A stretch of DNA of 64,000 nt. Source: a bacterium BMS3Bbin08. GTDB taxonomy: Bacteria; Nitrospirota; Thermodesulfovibrionia; UBA6902; BMS3Bbin08. The DNA lies in NCBI GenBank assembly GCA_002897775.1, contig BDTR01000032.1, positions 5,556 through 69,555 on the forward strand. The letters run 5' to 3'. Shown here piece by piece: positions 10,271 through 17,845 of this stretch. Under the pieces are notes generated by a model. It saw nothing but the letters and a program-made list of their open reading frames with translations. It was not told the origin of the DNA and did not search any database. The stretch's first letter is position 1, and each line of letters opens with the position of its first letter. Position numbers and translations under genes: made by a program.

Positions 10271-10367
10271 TGGAGAGGGGAAGTGGGAATTGAACCCACC
10301 AGGACATTTTCTGAATATCCTGTCACTGGTTTTGCAGACCAGGAGGAACACCAGTTCCATACCCCTC
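10271..10367 (-). tRNA. tRNA-Sec-like tRNA with Cys anticodon GCA and U73 (selC-like tRNA-Cys), 97 nt including CCA
   Basis: Manual fold of the reverse complement: 8-bp acceptor stem (GAGGGGUA/UUCCCCUC, one U.U), 6-bp D-stem (GGAAC/GUUCC plus terminal U.U) with 4-nt loop UGGU, 5-bp anticodon stem CUGGU/ACCAG with loop CUGCAAA (anticodon GCA), roughly 26-nt variable arm with a CAGGA/UCCUG stem, 5-bp T-stem GUGGG/CCCAC with loop UUCAAUU, discriminator U, encoded CCA. Confidence 0.75.
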
Positions 10368-10534
10368 ATACAATTAATGACTAACAGGTTTTTTGGCGCT
10401 ACTTCAGCGAAAATCCGTCTTGCACACGCTGACCTCTGTGACTGTAAACAATACGGTCCATCTCCTTTTTGTTTTTGAATGGCTTTAGGCTATCCCTGGA
10501 ACAGCCTTGAAGAATCGGAATATATAATATATTC

Positions 10535-10562
10535 TATAGGCATGTCAAATAGATTTATTTTA
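10535..10562 (+). promoter_or_regulatory. conserved 28-nt motif, copy 1 (TATAGGCATGTCAAATAGATTTATTTTA), about 115 nt upstream of the LysR gene
   Basis: 26/28 identical to 12694..12721, in the same orientation. Both lie in AT-rich promoter regions. Confidence 0.45.
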
Positions 10563-10676
10563 TTAACATTAGTTTATTGATAGATACAACCGATAGTTTG
10601 CAGGTCGGATTTAATCCGGGTTAAAATAAGTCGGCGCAATTCAGAGAAAATCAATCGCCATATTTGGAGCTAAGTT

Positions 10677-11564
10677 ATGGATATACAACATTTAAAGATA
10701 TTTATCTCAGTTTATAAAAACAGGGGTTTCTCAAAGGCGGCTGTAGAACTCCACCTAAGCCAACCGACTATCAGTGAACATATAAAAAATCTGGAGTTTG
10801 AGCTTGGCTGTAAACTCTTTGACAGAGTTGGGCGCACTATTATTCCGACTAGAGAGGCGGGTATCATATATCCAAAGGCATTACAAATAATAGAAGACCT
10901 TGAAAAACTAAGGGAAGAACTGTCTCATGCCGGAAGTAATATAAAAGGGCAACTGATTCTGGGAGCAAGCACCATCCCCGGTACATACATCCTGCCGGTC
11001 ATGGCATCGGAGTTTAAGAAGCTGTACCCCGAGGTCTCATTTGAAATAATAATAGAGGATTCAAGAAAGATTACTGATATGGTCTTAAATTATGATCTGA
11101 TACTCGGTGCAGTAGGGGCTGAAATGGAACCGGGGAAAATTAACTATCTGCCTTTTATAGAGGATGAGCTGATACTTGCAGCCGGTGAAAAAGTTATTCC
11201 AAAAAATACCATAAGTGTGAAGGGATTAAAAGATGTCCCGTTTATCTTGAGGGAAGAAGGATCCGGAACGCTTAAAACAATGGAGCGTTTTCTAAATAAA
11301 AAGGGGATAGATATCGGGGAATTAAATGTTGTTGCAGTGCTTGGCTCTACCGACTCAGTGAAACAGGCAATAAAGTCAGGACTTGGTGCGTCAATATTAT
11401 CGAGGATTGCTATTAAGGACGAGTTGACTTGCGGGGCATTGAAGGAGATAAGGATAAGAGGGCTGAAAATGAAAAGGAGCTTTTATCTGATTACTCATAA
11501 AAAACGTGCTTTACCGAATCCTTACAATGCATTTTACAACTATCTGAAAGATTCAAAGCGATAG
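10677..11564 (+). CDS. LysR-family transcriptional regulator
   Basis: 295 aa. N-terminal wHTH (FSKAAVELHLSQPTISEHIKNLE) plus a C-terminal LysR substrate-binding domain. Confidence 0.85.
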   Translation: MDIQHLKIFISVYKNRGFSKAAVELHLSQPTISEHIKNLEFELGCKLFDRVGRTIIPTREAGIIYPKALQIIEDLEKLREELSHAGSNIKGQLILGASTIPGTYILPVMASEFKKLYPEVSFEIIIEDSRKITDMVLNYDLILGAVGAEMEPGKINYLPFIEDELILAAGEKVIPKNTISVKGLKDVPFILREEGSGTLKTMERFLNKKGIDIGELNVVAVLGSTDSVKQAIKSGLGASILSRIAIKDELTCGALKEIRIRGLKMKRSFYLITHKKRALPNPYNAFYNYLKDSKR

Positions 11565-11600
11565 CTTTGCCCCTCACCCCATATCTCTCCCCAGGCTCTT

Positions 11601-12650
11601 TTAACTGATCTGTACACATGGTTGATTACCGCCTGCTACTTCACCAATTAAAACAGCAGACTCAATTCCTTCATTCTTCAATTTTTCTATTAGAATTGAT
11701 GCATGAGAGTTTTTGACTGAGAGGAGAAGCCCTCCTGAGGTCTGAGGATCAAAAAGCAATTCTTCTTCCTCTGAAGAGAGTTTTATCTTTATCTCTAAAA
11801 ATCCCTCGGACAATTCTCTGTTCGGTTTATTGCTGCCCGTGGTCACTCCCTTGCGATACATTTCTATGGCATTCGGGAAAATAGGCAGATTTCTATAAAA
11901 CAGGTTTATCTGCATTTTACTGCCCTTCGCAATCTCCAGTGCATGTCCGACAATACCAAAACCCGTTACATCAGTACATGAGTGAATGTCGAATTTCAAG
12001 GCTGTCTCAATGGCTTTACCATTAAGAAAAGCTATCCAGGGGAGCAGGGGCTCCAGTTTTTTAAAGGGCAGCTTTTTGGAGCGGCAGGCGTTGAAGAGCA
12101 CGCCGGTCCCCAGCGGTTTAGTAAGAATCAGTGCATCTCCCTCGCGAGCGTCGCAGTTGGTGAGTATCCGCTCAGGGTGAACTATCCCTGTAACCGCAAG
12201 GCCGTACTTCGGCTCATTGTCGTCAACCGAATGGCCTCCGGCCATGGAAGCGCCGGCTTCGATTACTTTATCACTTCCTCCGCGGAGTATCTCTTTTAAT
12301 ATTCCGATGTCAAGCTGCTTTGAAGGGAACATCACAACATTCAGGGCTGTAAGGGGTTTGCCGCCCATTGCGTAAACGTCGGAAAGAGAATTAGCTGCAG
12401 AAATCTGCCCAAACCAGTACGGATCATCCACCGGCGGAGTAATATAGTCGACAGTAGATATTACGGCAATATCAGGTGAAAGGCGGTATACAGCCGCATC
12501 ATCGCTGGTTTCGAAACCTACTAACAGGTCAGGATCATCCGGGGTTTGAATCGATCCGAGCGCAGCCGACAGAACTGTCGGGCCAATTTTTGCAGCTCAC
12601 CCGCAGGTTCTTGCGAGACCTGGTAAGGTTTTTTTCTTAAAAAAAGTCAT
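11601..12650 (-). CDS. selD: selenophosphate synthetase (selenide, water dikinase), selenoprotein form with in-frame UGA (Sec) at 12597-12599
   Basis: The ORF track begins at an internal GTG (12431). Extending upstream gives MTFFKKKTLPGLARTCG-U-AAKIGPTVLSAALG...DPDLLVGFETSDDAAVYRL, which aligns with E. coli SelD GAGCGCKISPKVLETIL...DPNLLVGNETRDDAAVY with U at catalytic Cys17. ATG at 12650 after a GAGG RBS. No other stops between. Confidence 0.88.
12566..12582 (-). promoter_or_regulatory. candidate bacterial SECIS hairpin (CCGACAG-UU-CUGUCGG) 15-33 nt downstream of the selD UGA
   Basis: 7-bp stem with G/U in the apical region, at the spacing bacterial SECIS elements occupy downstream of UGA. 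Confidence 0.5.
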
Positions 12651-12693
12651 ATAACCTCACATTTAATAATTTATCGAAATAGTAAATAATAAC

Positions 12694-12721
12694 TATAGGA
12701 ATGTCAAATAGATATATTTTA
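12694..12721 (+). promoter_or_regulatory. conserved 28-nt motif, copy 2 (TATAGGAATGTCAAATAGATATATTTTA) in the selD/nikR divergent promoter region
   Basis: 44 nt upstream of the selD start and about 160 nt upstream of nikR. Matches 10535..10562. Confidence 0.45.
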
Positions 12722-12882
12722 CAGAATGAGTATCATTTATAGAGAATGCCTATATTAGCACGAGAGTGCCGATATCATATTTTGACGGCAATGACTATAG
12801 ATAAGCATTTTCAATGTTGAAACTTGACAATACATCAATACTAATGATATTGTAGTGCTACTTTAATTGAAAAAGTAACACC

Positions 12883-13299
12883 ATGTCCACTGTAAGATTC
12901 GGCATATCACTTGAGAATTCCCTGCTTAAAGGGTTTGACAGCCTTATAAAGAAGAAGGGCTACGCGAGCAGGAGTGAAGCGATCAGGGATCTGATAAGGG
13001 ACAGCCTTGTAAAAGAAGAATGGGAGCATGGCAATAAGGACACGGTCGGGGCTATTTCAATTGTTTATTCGCACGGCACAAGGGAACTTAGCGATACACT
13101 GACCGATATCCAGCACAATTTCCATTCTTCAGTGGTTTCCTCTTTGCACGTTCACCTTGACCATCATAATTGCCTTGAGGTAATTATAGTCAGGGGAAAG
13201 GGCAGGGAGATCAAGAAAATAGCTGACAGGCTGATAGGCACAAGAGGCGTAAAGCACGGAAAGCTTTCTTTAACAACAACAGGGAAAGATCTGAAATAG
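12883..13299 (+). CDS. nikR: nickel-responsive transcriptional regulator NikR (RHH plus ACT-like metal-binding domain)
   Basis: 138 aa. N-terminal ribbon-helix-helix ([35 protein letters not shown]) and a C-terminal His/Cys-rich domain ([10 protein letters not shown]). Confidence 0.8.
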   Translation: MSTVRFGISLENSLLKGFDSLIKKKGYASRSEAIRDLIRDSLVKEEWEHGNKDTVGAISIVYSHGTRELSDTLTDIQHNFHSSVVSSLHVHLDHHNCLEVIIVRGKGREIKKIADRLIGTRGVKHGKLSLTTTGKDLK

Positions 13300-13347
13300 C
13301 CCCCGTTAGATTCTAACGAATCAGGACAAGGGGGATAATTTTTTATT
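13300..13347 (+). terminator. GC-clamped hairpin plus T-run (CCCCCG..GATTCTAACGAATC..GGGGG ATAATTTTTTATT) after nikR
   Basis: Stem and U-tract read directly. Shares CCCCGTTAGATTCT with the element after hemH. Could be an attenuator because the nik transporter genes follow on the same strand. Confidence 0.45.
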
Positions 13348-13460
13348 GCTTGGTAGCACAAATATAATAATAGTAACACTTTTCCGGAAGAGGAAGACGC
13401 AAGAGGGATTATTCAATCCCTGCGGGGACAGCATTTAAATCCAAATGAAGGAGGTCTGCT

Positions 13461-14498
13461 ATGCATATGGCAGATGCATTACTTTCGCCCGGCGTTGGAA
13501 CAACGTTCTGGGCAGGTTCGTTAGGGGTAATTGGTTACTGTGCGAAAAAACTGAGAGAAAATATAAATGAAAAAATGATTCCTTTGATGGGGATCCTGGC
13601 GGCATTTATATTTGCAGCCCAAATGATCAATTTTACAATTCCCGGTACCGGCTCAAGCGGCCACATCGGGGGTGGTATGATTCTTGTCATCATCCTGGGG
13701 CCCTATGCCGCGTTTATTGCCGTTGCTTCTGTGTTGACTGTCCAATGTCTTTTTTTTGCTGACGGGGGCATACTGGCGCTTGGATGTAACATATGGAACA
13801 TGGCCGTATATCCCTGTTTTATTGCTTACCCATTAATTTATGCGCCTCTCACCAAAGGAAATAAAACCCCGGGTAGGATCATGATCGCGTCAATATTGAG
13901 TGTTGTGGTCGCGTTGGAGTTTGGCGCGCTTTCCGTAGTTCTTCAAACGATGTTTTCAGGCAAGACAGAACTTCCCTTTACTACTTTTTTAGTTTTGATG
14001 CTTCCAATTCATTTCGCGATTGCCATCGGGGAGGGTTTTATAACGGGTGGTTTTGTAAATTATATCAGGGTTATAAAGCCTGAGGTTCTTGATGTAGTTG
14101 AAGGTTCCAGGGCATTTTCTGTTAAGAAAGTTCTTGTCAGTATTGGGATAGTTGCAATTATTACAGGTGGGATGCTGTCGTGGTTCGCTTCGACACATCC
14201 TGACGGACTTGAATGGTCCATAGAGAGGGTGTATGGGAAAGCAGTGCTTCCAGGGTACGAGACAGGGATTATTCCGGATTTGAGAGATATTCAGGAAAAG
14301 ACAGCAATTTTACCTGATTATAATTTTCCCGCTGGTAAGGAGGAAAAATCTGAGGGAGCTGCTGACTCCTGGCCAGCGGTTAACGCTGGAACTTCATTTT
14401 CCGGTATAATTGGCAGCCTGATGGTTCTTGGATTGGTTTTTATCCTTGGATTTGGTATAAATGCAGTGAAGAGTAAACGGCGAAACATGGTAATATGA
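13461..14498 (+). CDS. nikMN: ECF-type Ni/Co transporter substrate component, CbiM/NikM fused to a CbiN/NikN-like C-terminal segment
   Basis: 345 aa. CbiM-type N-terminus MHMADALLSPGVG and a multi-TM body. The C-terminal extension carries the PDGLEW motif. RBS AAGGAGG. Followed by Q and O components. Confidence 0.72.
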   Translation: MHMADALLSPGVGTTFWAGSLGVIGYCAKKLRENINEKMIPLMGILAAFIFAAQMINFTIPGTGSSGHIGGGMILVIILGPYAAFIAVASVLTVQCLFFADGGILALGCNIWNMAVYPCFIAYPLIYAPLTKGNKTPGRIMIASILSVVVALEFGALSVVLQTMFSGKTELPFTTFLVLMLPIHFAIAIGEGFITGGFVNYIRVIKPEVLDVVEGSRAFSVKKVLVSIGIVAIITGGMLSWFASTHPDGLEWSIERVYGKAVLPGYETGIIPDLRDIQEKTAILPDYNFPAGKEEKSEGAADSWPAVNAGTSFSGIIGSLMVLGLVFILGFGINAVKSKRRNMVI

Positions 14499-14570
14499 AA
14501 TGAATTTTGTGATCCGCTATAAGGTAATCGTTATTCGTATTAACTTATAGCTGATAACTGTCTTAATTTT

Positions 14571-15377
14571 ATGCCTTCTTTTGATAAAGAATATTTCAAT
14601 CTGGGTTATCTTGACACGTTGTCATATAAGGATACGTTTGTTCATAGGCTGGACCCGAGAATAAAACTGGTTACAACCTTTATCTTTATTTTGTTTGTAG
14701 TTTCGTTTCCAAAATATGAGATCCTTAAAATGTTGCCGTTCTTTTTTTTTCCTGTTTTTATCCTGTCAGTCGGTGAGATCCCGCTGAAATTTATCTTAAA
14801 GAAACTCCTTATTGCTTCGCCATTTGCTCTATTTGTGGGAATTTTTAATCCGTTCTTTGATACGGCGGCAATGTATAATTTTTACGGGATCCCGATCTCT
14901 GGTGGATGGGTGTCATATCTTTCTATTATAATAAAATTCATTTTGACCGTTACTGCCGCGTTACTCCTGGTTGCCACAACGTCGTTTCCTGGCGTCTGCT
15001 TAGCTCTTAAAAAACTAAAAGTTCCAAATGTATTTGTTGTTCAGCTCCTTTTTCTATACAGATACATGTTTGTTCTTACAGCAGAGACTATGCGAATAAT
15101 CCGAGCCAGGAACATGAGGTCATTCGGAAAGAAGGGGCGGGGTATGAAGACGCTTATCAGTATTATTGGAGTGCTTTTTGTGAGGACGGTAGAGCGTTCC
15201 GAAAGAATATACCAGGCGATGTGTTCAAGGGGGTTTGACGGTGAAATCAGACTTTTAACGAGTTATAAAATCGGGTTTGTTGATATTTCATTTGCTATCA
15301 CAGCAATTACTGTTTTTATTATATTCAGAGGATATGATGTAACAAAAACCCTCGGGGAATTAATAACTAAAACTTAA
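14571..15377 (+). CDS. nikQ: ECF transporter transmembrane (T) component CbiQ/NikQ
   Basis: 268 aa, multi-TM, CbiQ-like region including the RSFGKKGRG stretch. Confidence 0.72.
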   Translation: MPSFDKEYFNLGYLDTLSYKDTFVHRLDPRIKLVTTFIFILFVVSFPKYEILKMLPFFFFPVFILSVGEIPLKFILKKLLIASPFALFVGIFNPFFDTAAMYNFYGIPISGGWVSYLSIIIKFILTVTAALLLVATTSFPGVCLALKKLKVPNVFVVQLLFLYRYMFVLTAETMRIIRARNMRSFGKKGRGMKTLISIIGVLFVRTVERSERIYQAMCSRGFDGEIRLLTSYKIGFVDISFAITAITVFIIFRGYDVTKTLGELITKT

Positions 15378-15400
15378 AAATAAATCTGTAATTATTAATT

Positions 15401-16135
15401 ATGAGTCATCACATTATAGATTTTAAAAATGTCCATTTTAATTATCCTGACGGCACTGAGGCGTTAAAAGGCGTTACCTTCAGGATTACACATGGAGAGT
15501 CAGTCGGCATTGTAGGTGCCAATGGTGCCGGCAAGTCAACTCTGATTTTCCATATGAATGGTTATCTTCTACCTACAAAAGGGGCAATAATAATCGGCGA
15601 TGTCCAGTTGGGTAAAACTACACGAAATGAAATCAGGAAAAAAGTTGGAGTGGTTTTCCAGGATCCTGATGATCAGCTTTTTATGCCGACTGTTTTTGAT
15701 GATGTTTCCTTTGGTCCTTTGAACATGGGATTGACCAAAAATAGAGTTATAGAAAGGGTTACTGAGGCCTTAAACACGGTAGGTTGTTATGAATTAAAGG
15801 ACCGCCCGCCCCACCATCTTTCCTCGGGGCAGAAACGCGCTGTTTCCATAGCAACTGTTATAGCGATGCAGCCTGATATTCTTGTAATGGATGAACCTGC
15901 GGCAAGCCTGGACCCCAGATCACGCCGGCAGCTTATAGAACTCCTTAAGGAGTTCAAACATACAAAAATTATCGCTTCTCATGATCTTGATCTTATATTG
16001 GAAGTTTGCAAGAGATGTATTGTAATTGCTGATGGGAAGGTGCGCGCTGACGGGCTTACTGAAGAACTGCTTATGGATGAGAAATTACTTATTGAGAACA
16101 GCCTTGAGCTCCCGCTTTCTTTAAAAGGCAGATGA
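15401..16135 (+). CDS. nikO: ECF transporter ATPase CbiO/NikO
   Basis: 244 aa. Walker A GANGAGKST, signature LSSGQKR, Walker B ILVMDEP. Confidence 0.82.
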   Translation: MSHHIIDFKNVHFNYPDGTEALKGVTFRITHGESVGIVGANGAGKSTLIFHMNGYLLPTKGAIIIGDVQLGKTTRNEIRKKVGVVFQDPDDQLFMPTVFDDVSFGPLNMGLTKNRVIERVTEALNTVGCYELKDRPPHHLSSGQKRAVSIATVIAMQPDILVMDEPAASLDPRSRRQLIELLKEFKHTKIIASHDLDLILEVCKRCIVIADGKVRADGLTEELLMDEKLLIENSLELPLSLKGR

Positions 16136-16223
16136 GCGCAAACAAAGGAGTACAGATGAATTTTTTAGATTATAATAAGAAGGGAAGTAGATAAGTTGGC
16201 GCTCTCTACTATATTTAAAAACG

Positions 16224-16424
16224 ATGACTGAACTGGAAAAACTAAAACACCTTCTTCAGCACTGGATGGAGCATAATGAGGCTCATGTGAAGACTTACAG
16301 CGAATGGGCGTCAAAGGCCGAATCCTTAGGTGAGAAGGAACTGGCCGATATCCTGGAACAAATCGCGGCAGAAACCAAAAAGCAGGAAGAGTTGTTCCTG
16401 CGGGCGAGTAAGATTATTGGATAA
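16224..16424 (+). CDS. small helical hypothetical protein (66 aa)
   Basis: An ORF with a plausible start downstream of nikO. No recognisable motifs. Confidence 0.3.
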   Translation: MTELEKLKHLLQHWMEHNEAHVKTYSEWASKAESLGEKELADILEQIAAETKKQEELFLRASKIIG

Positions 16425-16440
16425 ATAGTGGCGCCGCCCC

Positions 16441-16512
16441 TCTAACCAGGTAATTGAGTTATTAAGTTACTATGTCATTAAATACACAATGACTAAATGA
16501 CTTACTGACTTA
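16441..16512. repeat. AT-rich word-repeat spacer (upstream of hemW), same family
   Basis: ggtaattgagttattaagttactatgtcattaaatacacaatgactaaatgacttactgacttaatgactttta. Confidence 0.7.
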
Positions 16513-17745
16513 ATGACTTTTATTATGCACAATTCATTATACGTCCATATCCCTTTCTGTCTGAAAAGATGTGTCTACTGCGACTTTGTATCCGGGATTT
16601 ATGACCCTCAAAAAGAAACCGCTTATATTAAAGCCCTGAAACAGGAAATAGTGAACATTCCTGATAATGTCTCTTTTGAAACGCTGTATATAGGCGGCGG
16701 CACGCCTACCGCGCTTTCAACAGGTTCTTTGAATGACCTGATCGCGCATATTTTTGAACAGTGTAAGTTCACTATAGATCATGAGGCAACAATAGAGGCC
16801 AACCCCGGAACTGTTGATATCAGGAAGTTAAAAGCGATCCTCTCTTCAGGGGTAAACCCCGAACTACCACAGGGGTACCAGCGGCTTCGCCGCGAGGCGA
16901 GCGGGGCGAACAGGATAAGCATAGGTGTCCAGTCTTTTAATGACGATGAGCTTAAAACTCTTGGCAGACTGCACACGGCTGAAGAGGCAGAAAAGGCGGG
17001 TTCTCTTGCAAAAGAAGCGGGGTTTAAAAACATAGGCATTGATCTTATTTACGGTATTCCGGGTCAGAGTGTTAACTCATGGATAAAGACGCTTGAGAAA
17101 GCAGTACAGCTTGAGCCAGACCACATTTCCACATATGAGCTGACCGTAGAGAGCGGCACACTGCTTTATGATCATATAGAAAAAGGCAGGCTGCAGGGGC
17201 CTGAAGAGGAAAAGATCATTGAGATGTATAACCATACAATTGACTTTTTAACCGCAAAAGGGTTTGTTCATTATGAGATATCCAATTTTTCCATGCCGGG
17301 GTATTTCTGCAGGCATAATCTTAATTACTGGGACAGGGGTGAGTATTACGGAGCCGGCCTGGGAGCCCACTCTTTTATTAACGGCAAAAGGTCATACAAT
17401 ACAGGTGATCTTGAGCATTACATACAGTCACTTTCAAAAAATGAGCTGCCTGTAGAAGGTTCAGAAGTCATAACCGCGGATAAGGCGCTGTTAGAGACTT
17501 TTTTTCTTGGTTTAAGGAAAACAGAAGGGATAAACCTGGAAAAACTGTCCGCGTCTTATGGTGAGGACATACAAAAGGTCTATGAGAAACAGATAAGAGA
17601 GCTTCAGCGGGCTGGATTGATAGAAACATATAGTTCATCCCGAGGTTTCGGGACAAGCCGTGTAACCAGTTCAGGAAATAATCGCATGAGGCTGACAAGG
17701 CAGGGGATCCTTCTTTCAAATGAGGTTTTTATCAGATTTATGTGA
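16513..17745 (+). CDS. hemW: radical SAM heme chaperone HemW / HemN-like coproporphyrinogen oxidase family protein
   Basis: 410 aa. Radical-SAM motif HIPFCLKRCVYCDF, a HemN-type body and the HemW-like C-terminal domain. Contains an internal insertion of about 22 aa. Confidence 0.72.
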   Translation: MTFIMHNSLYVHIPFCLKRCVYCDFVSGIYDPQKETAYIKALKQEIVNIPDNVSFETLYIGGGTPTALSTGSLNDLIAHIFEQCKFTIDHEATIEANPGTVDIRKLKAILSSGVNPELPQGYQRLRREASGANRISIGVQSFNDDELKTLGRLHTAEEAEKAGSLAKEAGFKNIGIDLIYGIPGQSVNSWIKTLEKAVQLEPDHISTYELTVESGTLLYDHIEKGRLQGPEEEKIIEMYNHTIDFLTAKGFVHYEISNFSMPGYFCRHNLNYWDRGEYYGAGLGAHSFINGKRSYNTGDLEHYIQSLSKNELPVEGSEVITADKALLETFFLGLRKTEGINLEKLSASYGEDIQKVYEKQIRELQRAGLIETYSSSRGFGTSRVTSSGNNRMRLTRQGILLSNEVFIRFM

Positions 17746-17845
17746 TCGCGCATTCAGCATAAGATATATCAAATATCTGTTCGCTTCCAGGCGTATAACC
17801 AATTGTTTTTCTTGTTTTTTTAACCTTTATATGTGAAAATTACTG

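Noticed and set aside
10114-10326. Six-frame ORF of 70 aa on the minus strand
   Set aside because: Its 5' part overlaps the tRNA gene (10271..10367). Only the distal 42 codons (10114..10242) carry a meaningful Mo-enzyme N-terminal motif, so I reinterpreted it as a gene remnant.
10271-10367. tmRNA or a canonical tRNA-Sec(UCA) as the identity of the tRNA-like element
   Set aside because: There is no tag-peptide reading frame or pseudoknot region, so tmRNA is excluded. The complete cloverleaf has a GCA anticodon, and on the plus strand the sequence is ttgcag, not ttgaag. The discriminator is U, not the G that SerRS requires, so canonical selC is excluded.
10290-10478. 62-aa plus-strand ORF
   Set aside because: It is antisense to the tRNA and has no RBS or motif, so I treat it as spurious.
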